Positions 9,291-18,830 of a stretch of 64,000 nucleotides of DNA are shown here, in pieces (positions within the stretch are counted from its first letter, which is position 1; every line of letters starts with the position of its first letter). The DNA is from an uncultured Erysipelotrichaceae bacterium. GTDB lineage: Bacteria; Bacillota_I; Bacilli_A; Erysipelotrichales; Erysipelotrichaceae. The stretch lies in NCBI GenBank assembly GCA_944326055.1, contig CALVCT010000021.1, forward strand, positions 6,087-70,086, written 5' to 3'. A model generated the notes under the pieces. That model ran no database searches, was not told the origin of the DNA, and saw only the letters and a program-made list of their open reading frames with translations. Made by a program: the position numbers and the translations under genes.

Positions 9291-10952
9291 ATGAAGAAGA
9301 TCATGAAAAAGTTAGCACTCGTCCTCATCTCTGTCCTCATGGCCCTCAGTCTGACGGCCTGTGGTAGTGATGAAGGCACGGGTACGACTGATGGGGAAGT
9401 GACTTATAAAGACACTTTCACCTATGCGATCGGTGGTGAACCAAACTACCTCGATCCAGCTGTTGCGACCGACAGTGTCGCCTCGTATATCCTAAACCAG
9501 ACGTATTATCCATTGTTCTCTTTTGCTGAAGATGGCAGTATCGTCAATGAAGCTTGTACGGAGTACGAACTAGATGATACACAAACAGTCTATACACTTC
9601 ACTTGACAGAAGACAACTACTGGTCTGATGGTCAACAGGTCGTAGCTGGTGACTATGTCTATGGTATGTTACGTTCTTTAGGCCTTGGTAGTGCTGATTC
9701 CCATTACTCATACTTCATCCGTAACTATGTCAAGGGTGCATCCCAGTTCGGTGCTGATGGTAGTACTGCTAAGATCGCTGACATGGAAGGTGTCGTCGGT
9801 ATCGAAGCTCTCGATGACTTCACGATCCAGATCACTCTAGAGAAGCCATGTAGCTTCTTCCTCAGTCTTATGACATCTAGTGTCTTCTACCCACTCAGAT
9901 CCGACTATGCACCAGAGCTCGACTACACATGGGCTGGTGAACTACACCCAACTAATGGTGCTTATACTTATTCTTCGATCGACAATAAGACTGAGATCGA
10001 TATGGTCAAGAACGAATACTTCCCAATGGCTGATCAAGTCACGACACCAAATCTTAGAGCCGTCGTCATGGCTGATCCAGAAGCCCAACTCATGGCCTTC
10101 CAGACTGGTGAGATCGACTTTGCCTCAAACGTTGAGCCATCGACCGTCGTCAATCTCTATGAAGGTCAACCTGAACTTTTGATCTCTAGTTCTGTCATCA
10201 ACTACTACATGCAGATGAATTCTTATCGTGCCAGTGATGCGCTTAAAGATGTCAGAGTCAGAAGAGCTATCCAACTTGGTATCGATCGCAATAACATCAT
10301 CACCGCATTGGATGCAGAAGGCGTCTACTATGAACTGTTAGGTTATGTACCAAAGGGCATGCCAGGTGTCGATGGTGACTTCCGTCAAGAACAGGACGAT
10401 GAAAGACCACTCGTCTATACCGATAAAGATGAAGCTAGAGCCCTGATGGAACAAGCTGGTTACAGTGAGACTAATAGACTGCAACTCACCTACAGCACAA
10501 ACCAAGCGGCGATGCATGATACTGTATCTGCCGTCATCGCGGAAGAGCTCAAAGCTATCTACATCGATGTCTCGATTGAAAACAAGGAGCTTCGTGTCTT
10601 CTTTGATGAACGTGACCAGCAAGGTATCACCGAACTCGCTCGTGGTTCGATGTCCGCTGACTACATGGATCCAACGACCTTCCTTGAGATGGCCAACTCC
10701 AAGAACCAATACGGCAACCAAACTTGGGGCGATGCGACCTATGATGCGATGCTGGCGGAAGCTGATCTGCTGACAGGTACCGAAAGGATGGAGAAGCTCC
10801 ATGAAGCTGAGGACTACCTCGTTGAAGAGATGGCTTACACTTGCCCACTATTCGGTTACAGTAACGTCGCTTTAGGTAAGGCTGGTCTTGAAGGCTACAG
10901 TTGCAACCCACAAGGTAGTTACACTTTCGCCTTCATCAAAGTTCCAGCTTGA
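9291..10952 (+). CDS. oppA: Peptide-binding lipoprotein (family 5 solute-binding protein)
   Basis: 553 aa with an AAGGAGG RBS, a signal peptide and lipobox LSLTAC. Positioned last in the opp cluster. Confidence 0.85.
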   Translation: MKKIMKKLALVLISVLMALSLTACGSDEGTGTTDGEVTYKDTFTYAIGGEPNYLDPAVATDSVASYILNQTYYPLFSFAEDGSIVNEACTEYELDDTQTVYTLHLTEDNYWSDGQQVVAGDYVYGMLRSLGLGSADSHYSYFIRNYVKGASQFGADGSTAKIADMEGVVGIEALDDFTIQITLEKPCSFFLSLMTSSVFYPLRSDYAPELDYTWAGELHPTNGAYTYSSIDNKTEIDMVKNEYFPMADQVTTPNLRAVVMADPEAQLMAFQTGEIDFASNVEPSTVVNLYEGQPELLISSSVINYYMQMNSYRASDALKDVRVRRAIQLGIDRNNIITALDAEGVYYELLGYVPKGMPGVDGDFRQEQDDERPLVYTDKDEARALMEQAGYSETNRLQLTYSTNQAAMHDTVSAVIAEELKAIYIDVSIENKELRVFFDERDQQGITELARGSMSADYMDPTTFLEMANSKNQYGNQTWGDATYDAMLAEADLLTGTERMEKLHEAEDYLVEEMAYTCPLFGYSNVALGKAGLEGYSCNPQGSYTFAFIKVPA

Positions 10953-10969
10953 TCAAAAGATGATCTCAT

Positions 10970-10994
10970 AGAGGGTCTCACTATGAGGCCCTCT
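10970..10994 (+). terminator. Intercistronic hairpin / weak terminator after oppA
   Basis: AGAGGG-13 nt-CCCTCT stem-loop followed by a T-poor tail (TCATTAG). More likely an attenuating or stabilising hairpin than a full stop. Confidence 0.35.
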
Positions 10995-11018
10995 TCATTA
11001 GATAAGGAGTAGCGTAGT

Positions 11019-12212
11019 ATGTATCTAGATCAAGAAAAAATACCGATCATCTATGAGGCGATGCGCCACCATGATGTCGATGCCTGGCTCATCGAAGGTC
11101 GTGAGACCATCATGCGCTCAGAGCCGATCCTACCAGTTTTGGGCGATATGGACTTTATCATTGCCACGACCCTCATCTTCCTTAAGACAGGCAAGTGTAT
11201 CGCGATCGTCTCACCACTTGATATCGAGGGTTATAAGTTGATCGAAGGGATCGATGAAGTCTATGAGTATCCAACGACGATGGAAGCGACGATCCTTGAA
11301 GTCTTGAACAAATTAGAGATCAAAGATCTCGCTTTAGATTATTCAAGAAGCGATGCGGCTTGTGATGGCCTGACTTTAGGCATGTATCTAAAGCTGAAGA
11401 GCGAAGTCTTAGACAAGCTTGAAAAACCTCTACCGATCAAAAGTGCTGCGGCGGTCATCTCTGAAGTCAGAGGCCGTAAGACCTCATCGCAGATCGCTAA
11501 GATCAAAGACTGTGCGATCAAGGCTGATGCTTATCTAAGACGGGTCCCGGAGATCTTAAAGGAAGGTGTGACTTCTTTAGATATCTTCAATTTCTTACAA
11601 GAAGTCGCTGCTAAAGATGGCTATGGGATGTCGTGGGCCAAAAGTCAATGTCCAGGCATCAATTGCGATCCAGATGTCCCAGGTGGTCACATGGGCATCG
11701 TCGAGACCCCGATCAAAAAGGGCTATCTCATCAATATCGACTATGGGGTCAGTAAGGATGGCTATTGTAGTGACCTTCAGCGCATGTATTATGTCCTTAA
11801 AGATGATGAAGATGATGCGCCTGAAGAGGTCAAGCGGGCCTTTGCGGTTGTTAGAGATGCGATAGCTAAAGCCAAAGATTTCATGGTCGCTGGTAAGACA
11901 GGCTTTGAAGTCGATCAGGTCGCTAGGCACTATGTCGTCGACTATGGCTATGAATCATGGAATGCCGCGCTAGGTCATCAAGTTGGCCATGTCACCCATG
12001 ATGGTGGCACGATCTTAGCTAATCGTCGTCCCCGCTATAATGCCCCAGAACTGATCGATACGCCTTTACAGGTCGGCAATGTCTTCACCCTTGAGCCTGG
12101 CGTTGAAATCGCGCAGGGTCGCGTTGGCCTTGAAGAAGACGTCGTCATCACCGAACATGGTACTGAATGGCTCGTGGCCCCACAGACTGAACTGATCCTT
12201 GTGAGGTTGTGA
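11019..12212 (+). CDS. M24 family metallopeptidase, paralog 2 (close relative of 4244..5431)
   Basis: Same length and collinear motifs as paralog 1 (DAWLIEGRE..., DYGVSKDGYCSDLQR, GHQVGHVTHDG, FTLEPG, GLEEDVVI). AAGGAG RBS. Confidence 0.85.
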   Translation: MYLDQEKIPIIYEAMRHHDVDAWLIEGRETIMRSEPILPVLGDMDFIIATTLIFLKTGKCIAIVSPLDIEGYKLIEGIDEVYEYPTTMEATILEVLNKLEIKDLALDYSRSDAACDGLTLGMYLKLKSEVLDKLEKPLPIKSAAAVISEVRGRKTSSQIAKIKDCAIKADAYLRRVPEILKEGVTSLDIFNFLQEVAAKDGYGMSWAKSQCPGINCDPDVPGGHMGIVETPIKKGYLINIDYGVSKDGYCSDLQRMYYVLKDDEDDAPEEVKRAFAVVRDAIAKAKDFMVAGKTGFEVDQVARHYVVDYGYESWNAALGHQVGHVTHDGGTILANRRPRYNAPELIDTPLQVGNVFTLEPGVEIAQGRVGLEEDVVITEHGTEWLVAPQTELILVRL

Positions 12213-12213
12213 C

Positions 12214-14133
12214 ATGGAAAAGATAAGTCTTGATCTATTTTTAGAGTACTCCTTTTTAAGTGATTTGACCGTCTATAAAGACAGCCTCTTATTTCATGAA
12301 TATCGCCAAGACCGTCTATCTAATGATTATGTCGTAAAAGTCCATAAACTAGATCTCAAGACAAAAAAAGATGCAGCCCTGACTAAATGGTCTAAAAGAA
12401 ACAGCTTCTGTGTTCTCGATGCGGGCCTTTACTTTAAAGAATACGACAAAGAACTAAGACAGACAGTCTTTAGAAAGTTTGATGAAGATAGTACCTTTAC
12501 GATCTCACTTCAAGTCTTGAATATCGAAGATCTCGATGACGAGAACTATCTTATCTTGGCCCTCATCGATAAGCGCGATGCGGACTATGATAAGTATGAT
12601 GGCGCAAAGAAAGCTGAAGTAAAAGAAAGAGAAGCTTTAGATAGCGACTATGTCATCTTTGATGAGTATCCCTTCTTCTTTAATGGCGAGGGTATCATCA
12701 ACTATCAAAGACACGCCCTCTTTCTAGTCAAAAAAGGTGACTTTTCTGTCACGCGACTCACTCCAGCGACGATGGATGTCGAAAGCTATGATCATGATGA
12801 TCAGATGGTCGTCTACAGTGGCATCGACTATGATACCTTCAAAGGTAAGTGGTCAAAGGTCTATAAGATTGATCTTAAAGAGAAGACGACTTCGACGATC
12901 TTTGATGGAGTTATGCAGATCGGGCGAGTCTTCTTGGATGATGAAGATATCGTCGTTATCGGCACTTTCGCGAAAGACTATGGGGCCATCGAATCTAATA
13001 AGTTCTATGTCTTAAAGGACGAGCAGATGGAACTTGTCGTCGACAGCGAATATTCTCTCTATCAATCAGTCGGTTCTGATTGTCGCTATGGTCGACTCAG
13101 GAACTTCTATAAGGCCAAAGATGGCGCATATCTCATCACCGCTTGCGAAGGTGATGGTATCGTCCTTAAATATCATAAAAGAACGCTCGATGTCGCGATG
13201 CCTATCGCGGGTACCGCGGATGACCTTGTCGTCATAGATGATAAGCTCTATGTGATCGCGATGAAGGAGCAAAAGCTGCAAGAAGTCTATGATGAGACTC
13301 TTGAGCAGCTCACCTTCATCAATGAAGAGATCTTAAAGGATAAGTATGTCGCTTGTCCCGAAAAACTGATCTTAGAAAAGCCCCAGCCGGTCACGGGTTG
13401 GGTCCTATATCCGAAAGACTATGATCCATCAAAGAAGTATCCCTGTATCTTAGATATCCACGGTGGACCAAAGTGTGCCTATGGTGAGGTCTTCTACCAT
13501 GAGATGCAATACTGGGCCTCGGAAGGTTACTTTGTCATCTATTGTAATCCAAGAGGTTCTGATGGCTATGGCAATGCCTTCGCCGACTTACGACACAACT
13601 ATGGACGGATCGACTATGAAGATCTTATGGATTTCGTCGATCGTGCTATCGCAGACTATCCGATCGATCCTGAAAGGCTGGCGGTGACCGGTGGCTCCTA
13701 TGGTGGCTATATGACCAATTGGATCATTGGTCATACGGACCGCTTCAAAGCAGCTGCTAGCCAGCGCAGTATCTCTAACTGGATCTCGATGGTCTGTGCC
13801 AGTGACTATGGCATCGACTTCCCGATCGAGCAGGAGTTCGACGATCTCTATGATTGCCAAGCTGAGCTTTGGGACATGTCGCCGCTCAAATACGCAAATA
13901 AGGTCAAGACCCCGACGCTCTTTATCCATTCGACGGAAGACTATCGCTGTCCGATCCCTGAGGGCATCCAGATGTATACGGTCCTCAAGTGTCGTGGTGT
14001 GGATACAAGACTAGTGGCCTTTATCGGTGAGAATCATGAACTCTCCCGCAGTGGCAAGCCACTACATCGTCTAAGACGTTTAAAAGAGATCAGTGAATGG
14101 CTCTTTAGTCATTTAAACAAAGGAGGTGCATGA
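12214..14133 (+). CDS. S9 family serine peptidase (prolyl oligopeptidase / acylaminoacyl-peptidase type)
   Basis: 639 aa. N-terminal propeller-like region followed by an alpha/beta hydrolase with HGGP, nucleophile elbow GGSYGGYM, and FIHSTEDYRCP...GENHEL. Confidence 0.85.
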   Translation: MEKISLDLFLEYSFLSDLTVYKDSLLFHEYRQDRLSNDYVVKVHKLDLKTKKDAALTKWSKRNSFCVLDAGLYFKEYDKELRQTVFRKFDEDSTFTISLQVLNIEDLDDENYLILALIDKRDADYDKYDGAKKAEVKEREALDSDYVIFDEYPFFFNGEGIINYQRHALFLVKKGDFSVTRLTPATMDVESYDHDDQMVVYSGIDYDTFKGKWSKVYKIDLKEKTTSTIFDGVMQIGRVFLDDEDIVVIGTFAKDYGAIESNKFYVLKDEQMELVVDSEYSLYQSVGSDCRYGRLRNFYKAKDGAYLITACEGDGIVLKYHKRTLDVAMPIAGTADDLVVIDDKLYVIAMKEQKLQEVYDETLEQLTFINEEILKDKYVACPEKLILEKPQPVTGWVLYPKDYDPSKKYPCILDIHGGPKCAYGEVFYHEMQYWASEGYFVIYCNPRGSDGYGNAFADLRHNYGRIDYEDLMDFVDRAIADYPIDPERLAVTGGSYGGYMTNWIIGHTDRFKAAASQRSISNWISMVCASDYGIDFPIEQEFDDLYDCQAELWDMSPLKYANKVKTPTLFIHSTEDYRCPIPEGIQMYTVLKCRGVDTRLVAFIGENHELSRSGKPLHRLRRLKEISEWLFSHLNKGGA

Positions 14134-15557
14134 TGGAATTCGATCTGACTAAAAGACACTGTTACTACTTCAATGAGATCGCCAAGATCCCCCATGGCTC
14201 CTATAACGAGAAAGCCTTGAGCGATCATCTCGTTGACTTCGCTAAAGATCATGGCCTAGAGCATATTCAAGATCCGATGGGCAATGTCGTGATCTATAAA
14301 GAAGGTACTGGCAAAGACAAAGACCATGAGCCTCTCATCCTACAAGCCCATATGGACATGGTCGCTGAAAAGAATAAGGATAGTGCTCACGATTTCTTAA
14401 GAGATCCTTTAGAGCTCTATGTGGAAGATGGTTTCCTTAAAGCTAAGGGCACGACCCTTGGGGCTGATGATGGGACGGGAGTGGCATACATGTTAGCGAT
14501 CCTTGATGATGATAGCTTAGTCCATCCACCACTTGAGTGCTGCTTCACCGTCCAAGAGGAAGTCGGTCTTCTTGGCTCACAAGTCCTTAAAGCCGAATAC
14601 TTTAAAGGTAAAAGGATGATCTCGCTTGACGGTGGAGGTGAAGTCAAGACCGGCATCAGTGCTGCGGGTGGTTGTATCTTTACTGCCGATCGTCCCTACA
14701 CTAAAGAGCCAGTTGATGGTTCAGGTTATATCCTTAAGATAAGAGGATTATCCGGTGGCCATTCAGGTGGTGAGATCCATAAGGAAAAAGGCAACGCCAA
14801 TACTCTCGCTGTAAGGATGCTAGAGGAGCTAGCTGATAAGACTTTGCGTCTTGTGAGTATCGATGGTGGTCTTAAAGATAATGCCATCCCTAGAGAGTGT
14901 GATGTGGTCTTCACTTCTACTCTTTCTGAAATAGAACTAAAAGGATCTTTAGATAAGAGTGCCAAAGCGATAACGGAGGAACTAGAATACTCCGATCCGG
15001 ACTTCTTCTATGAACTGGAGAAGACAGAGGTCGAGATGACGATGTCCAAGGCTGATACCGAGGCGATCTTAGATTTCATCTATCTTGCGCCTAATGGCTT
15101 TAGACACCGTTCGATGGCGATCGAAGGTCTAACGCTCACATCTTTAAATATGGGCGTCATCAAGACCGATGAGACGAGACTAGAGATAACGATCTCGATC
15201 CGCAGTGCTCTAGAAAGTGGTATCGACAATCTAGTCAATATCTTAAAGAAATTAGCGCTGACCTTTGGCTTGACTTATAGTACCTCAGCGCGCTATCCGG
15301 GTTGGAATTATGTCAAGGAATCGAAGATGCGTGAGATCTTCCGCGAGGTCTTAAAAAAGACGACTGGTCAAGATCTCATCGAAGAAGCGGCCCATGGCGG
15401 TAATGAATGTGGTGTCTTCAATGGCCTTCTCGGTGGTGTCGATATCATCACCATGGGTCCTAAGACCTACGATATCCATACGCCGAAGGAACGTCTTGAT
15501 CTGGCATCCTTCGATCGTGCCTATACTTTACTTACTAAAGTCGTGGAGGAATGTTGA
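14130..15557 (+). CDS. pepD: Aminoacyl-histidine (Xaa-His) dipeptidase, M20 family
   Basis: 475 aa with motifs HMDMV, GADDGTGVAY and QEEVGLLGS. The start overlaps the S9 stop (ATGA). Confidence 0.85.
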   Translation: MMEFDLTKRHCYYFNEIAKIPHGSYNEKALSDHLVDFAKDHGLEHIQDPMGNVVIYKEGTGKDKDHEPLILQAHMDMVAEKNKDSAHDFLRDPLELYVEDGFLKAKGTTLGADDGTGVAYMLAILDDDSLVHPPLECCFTVQEEVGLLGSQVLKAEYFKGKRMISLDGGGEVKTGISAAGGCIFTADRPYTKEPVDGSGYILKIRGLSGGHSGGEIHKEKGNANTLAVRMLEELADKTLRLVSIDGGLKDNAIPRECDVVFTSTLSEIELKGSLDKSAKAITEELEYSDPDFFYELEKTEVEMTMSKADTEAILDFIYLAPNGFRHRSMAIEGLTLTSLNMGVIKTDETRLEITISIRSALESGIDNLVNILKKLALTFGLTYSTSARYPGWNYVKESKMREIFREVLKKTTGQDLIEEAAHGGNECGVFNGLLGGVDIITMGPKTYDIHTPKERLDLASFDRAYTLLTKVVEEC

Positions 15558-16135
15558 TGAAAAAAGGATTAGTCATCATCTTGAGTGGGGCATCCTCAGT
15601 TGGTAAGGGTGCCATCCGAAAGGCCCTGTTAGATGATCCTGAGCTCGATCTTTTCTATTCCGTCTCAATGACGACTAGACCTAAACGGGAAGGAGAAGTC
15701 GATGGTAAAGACTACTACTTCGTCTCCTTTAAAGAGTTTGCCCAGGCCGTCAAAGAACGCAGTCTTTTGGAATACACTGAGTTCAATGGTTACTACTATG
15801 GTACACCTAAGAGCCAAGTCGAGTTCTTATCGAGTGTCGGTAAGAACGTCCTGATCGAAGTCGAGGCTCAAGGTGTCGGACCGATCAAGCTGAATCTGCC
15901 CGATTCGATCGCTTTCTTTGTGATGCCCGAATCGATCGAGCAGTTAGAGAAACAGATCTATGCCATCTATAAGGATGATGAGGCCAGTGCCAAGAACCGT
16001 CTCAATAAAGCCAAGATGGATATGGAGATCGCCCCGCTTTTCAAAAATGTAGTCTACAACACTGACCCTGAAGCTGCTCATCAGCAGATCAAAAAGGTCA
16101 TCTTAGAAGCCATGGCCAATAGAAAGGATGAATGA
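15557..16135 (+). CDS. Guanylate-kinase-like protein (divergent paralog)
   Basis: ORF 15551..16135. ATG 15557 sits 6 nt after GGAGGA and overlaps the pepD stop. The GMP-site block SVSMTTRPKREGEVDGKDYYFVS is retained. The P-loop reads GASSVGKG, and the lid region reads QIYAIYKDDEASAKNRL instead of the R-rich lid of the canonical copy at 38180. Confidence 0.7.
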   Translation: MKKGLVIILSGASSVGKGAIRKALLDDPELDLFYSVSMTTRPKREGEVDGKDYYFVSFKEFAQAVKERSLLEYTEFNGYYYGTPKSQVEFLSSVGKNVLIEVEAQGVGPIKLNLPDSIAFFVMPESIEQLEKQIYAIYKDDEASAKNRLNKAKMDMEIAPLFKNVVYNTDPEAAHQQIKKVILEAMANRKDE

Positions 16136-16136
16136 T

Positions 16137-17489
16137 ATGGATATCTACCGCCAAGATAAAGAAGTCGTCAGTACGGATACTCTCAAAGACAAGATACTGA
16201 CCTATAGACAAAAGGAGCGTGTCTTAGATGGTTGGCTCAGCAAACGTCTCGACACGATCTTACCAAAAGTTATGAAGCGAAGTGGCATCGACACTTGGGT
16301 CGTCGCATGTAATGAATATAATGAGGACCCTGTACTAAAAGCTCTAGTCCCCTGTGCCATGATGACGGCGCGTCGGCTCACGATCCTCGTCTTCCATCTT
16401 GAGGGCGACAAAGTCAAAAGGATGGCCCTTACAAGACCTGGTGTTGGACTTGATGGCTTCTATGAGGCTGTCTGGACCAATCCTAAAGGCTCGAATTGGC
16501 AAGACAAGGATGCTCTTATGCCCTTTGATACGAACACCTATGCTGGATCAGTCCCTGAGACTCAGCTTGAATGTCTGAACCGCATCTTAAAGGAATGCGC
16601 ACCTGAAAAGATCGGACTTGATATGTCAGAGGACTTTGCCTTTGGCGATGGTCTAAGTCATACACTGTACGTAGACATCATGGAAGCTTTAGATGATGAT
16701 CTCAAAGCGAAGATCTGCAGTGCTGAAAAGGTCTGTGTCGGTATCTTGGAGACACGACTCCCTGAAGAGATGGATGCTTACCATGGCATCATGCAAATAG
16801 CGCACACGATGATCGGTGAAGCCTTCTCCAGCAAAGTCATTATCCCCGGTGTCACGACCAATGATGATGTCAAGTACTGGATGTTGCAGAAGGTGATCGA
16901 TCTGGGTCTTGAACCATGGTTTGACTTTGAAGTCTCCGTCAGAAGGGCCCATGTAGGTGAAATAGAAGGTGAGACCGTCATCATGCCAGGTGATGTCTTA
17001 CATTGTGATGTCGGACTTCGCTATCTCAACCTTTGCACTGATACCCAAGAGAACGCCTATGTCTTAAAGGCTGATGAAGAAGATGTACCAGTCGAGCTCA
17101 AAGATGTGATGAAGACGGTCAATCGTCTGCAAGACATCACCCTGTCTTTCTTCAAAGAAGGAAGGACAGGCAATGAGATCTTGCGCCTAGCACGTGAGAA
17201 AGCGATCGAAGAGGGCATCATCCCCTGTATCTATACGCATCCGATCGGCTATCATGGCCATGGTGCGGGACCGACGATCGGCCTTTGGGACAAACAGGAA
17301 GGTGTGCCAGGCAATGGTGACTACCCCCTCTATAATGACACGGCTTATTCTCTCGAACTCAATTGTAAGTGTGATGTGCCAAGTTGGGGCATCGAGCTCA
17401 CCTTTGGTGCGGAGACAGACGTCTTGTTCAGAGATGATAAGACGTACTTCATCTATAAGCGGCAAGACAGCTTCCATCTGATCAAGTAG
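16137..17489 (+). CDS. M24 family metallopeptidase, type 3 (distinct N-terminal domain)
   Basis: ORF 16128..17489; ATG 16137 is better spaced from AAAGGA. C-terminal pita-bread-like blocks HCDVGLRY, HPIGYHGHGAGP and YSLELN. Confidence 0.7.
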   Translation: MDIYRQDKEVVSTDTLKDKILTYRQKERVLDGWLSKRLDTILPKVMKRSGIDTWVVACNEYNEDPVLKALVPCAMMTARRLTILVFHLEGDKVKRMALTRPGVGLDGFYEAVWTNPKGSNWQDKDALMPFDTNTYAGSVPETQLECLNRILKECAPEKIGLDMSEDFAFGDGLSHTLYVDIMEALDDDLKAKICSAEKVCVGILETRLPEEMDAYHGIMQIAHTMIGEAFSSKVIIPGVTTNDDVKYWMLQKVIDLGLEPWFDFEVSVRRAHVGEIEGETVIMPGDVLHCDVGLRYLNLCTDTQENAYVLKADEEDVPVELKDVMKTVNRLQDITLSFFKEGRTGNEILRLAREKAIEEGIIPCIYTHPIGYHGHGAGPTIGLWDKQEGVPGNGDYPLYNDTAYSLELNCKCDVPSWGIELTFGAETDVLFRDDKTYFIYKRQDSFHLIK

Positions 17490-17491
17490 CC

Positions 17492-18688
17492 ATGTCGCTG
17501 CGTTCGATCTCGATCAGCAAGCTCTATATCACGGTCGCTGTCTATTCGCTGGTCGCTAACTTTGCCCATCCGATCACCCCGACTTTCATCCAAGAGCTAG
17601 GCCTCAATGATTACATGTTTGGAGTGGCCTTCGCTTGTATGTCTTTGACGAACTTCTTGTTTTCACCATTCTGGGGCAAGATCTCTCATAACTTTGGGGT
17701 CGTCAAGACGATGGGCTTCTGTTATGTCGGTTATGCGCTCTCGCAATTGGCCTTTGGCCTTTCGACATCAGAGCTTGGCATCATCATCGCTAGGCTCGTT
17801 GGGGGCTTCTTCATCGGCGGTATCACCGTCGATCAGATCCTCTATATCATGGACTACTCATCGTCACAAACGGTAGGCCAAAACCTCGCCAACAACGTTA
17901 CGATCAACGTCATCGTTGCGGCCTTTGGCTATATGGTCGGTGGCTTCTTAGGCAATATCAGTACGATCTTCACCTTCATGGTCCAAGCAATAGGACTCTT
18001 TCTAACTGGGGTCTTGTGCTTTGTCTTGCTTGAAGATGATGAAGCATATCGGACCAAGATGCCGCTAAAGGAAGTCGTCAAGAGTTCCAATCCCTTTAGC
18101 GCCATCATCGCCTCGCGCAAGATCATGAGCGTCATGATCATCTTCTTTTTAGCCGTTTGTATCTTGACGTCCTTTGCCTCGACCTCTTATGAGCAGTGCT
18201 TCAACTACTTCATCAAGGACCAATATGGCTTCCCACCATCCTACAATGGGATCTTGAAGGCTTTAGTGGGGATCATCACGCTAGTCGCCAATATGACGAT
18301 CTGTCGCTACCTCATGAAAAAGACCGATATCACCAAGACCATCATCCCAGTCCTTATCGTCTGCTTTATGATGATGGTCAGTATCGTCATCCTCGAGGAT
18401 GTCGTGCCCTTTATCATCATGAACGTCGTCTTCTTTGGCTTCAACGCGGTCTATCAACCGCTCTTACAGGCGATGATCAGCCTTATGAACAAGTCTGACG
18501 ACGGCATCTTAGTCGGTCTTTATAACAGTATGCGCTCTCTAGGTAATGTCGGCGGTTCTTTGATCGCGGGGTTCATCTACAGCTATGGAGCTAAGATGTC
18601 CTTCGTCTTGAGCGCTATCGCTTTCCTATTAGCGATCTTCTTTGCGACAATGTACTATCTGACGTATAGACGAAAGGCGTCTAGTTAG
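17492..18688 (+). CDS. MFS transporter
   Basis: 398 aa, about 12 hydrophobic segments in a two-times-six organisation. Starts 2 nt after the preceding stop. Confidence 0.75.
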   Translation: MSLRSISISKLYITVAVYSLVANFAHPITPTFIQELGLNDYMFGVAFACMSLTNFLFSPFWGKISHNFGVVKTMGFCYVGYALSQLAFGLSTSELGIIIARLVGGFFIGGITVDQILYIMDYSSSQTVGQNLANNVTINVIVAAFGYMVGGFLGNISTIFTFMVQAIGLFLTGVLCFVLLEDDEAYRTKMPLKEVVKSSNPFSAIIASRKIMSVMIIFFLAVCILTSFASTSYEQCFNYFIKDQYGFPPSYNGILKALVGIITLVANMTICRYLMKKTDITKTIIPVLIVCFMMMVSIVILEDVVPFIIMNVVFFGFNAVYQPLLQAMISLMNKSDDGILVGLYNSMRSLGNVGGSLIAGFIYSYGAKMSFVLSAIAFLLAIFFATMYYLTYRRKASS

Positions 18689-18780
18689 TTAGTTTCATTG
18701 TAATATCTTTCGGCCCTCTAATTTTTGTGGGGGAAATCGATGATTGGCCTCTAAATTATATGGGGGTATAAAAAAGAGAA

Positions 18781-18830
18781 AAGGATAGTCATAAGGTATT
18801 GAAAATACGTAAGACCATTAGACTATCCTT
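18781..18830. terminator. Long stem-loop after the MFS gene (orientation ambiguous)
   Basis: AAGGATAGTC-30 nt-GACTATCCTT. The T-tract is poor on the plus strand (TAATTTAT) and good on the minus strand (TTCTCTTTTTT). Confidence 0.35.

Noticed and set aside
10338-10802. 154-aa antisense ORF inside oppA, plus 10465..10773 and 10627..10911
   Set aside because: Same reasoning: they are embedded in a well-supported solute-binding protein gene, with no start context.
18740-18771. Two mini-ORFs behind GGGGG SD-like runs (ATG ATT GGC CTC TAA at 18740-18754; ATG GGG GTA TAA at 18760-18771)
   Set aside because: Peptides of 3-4 codons arise trivially from the repeated motif. There is nothing to support translation.
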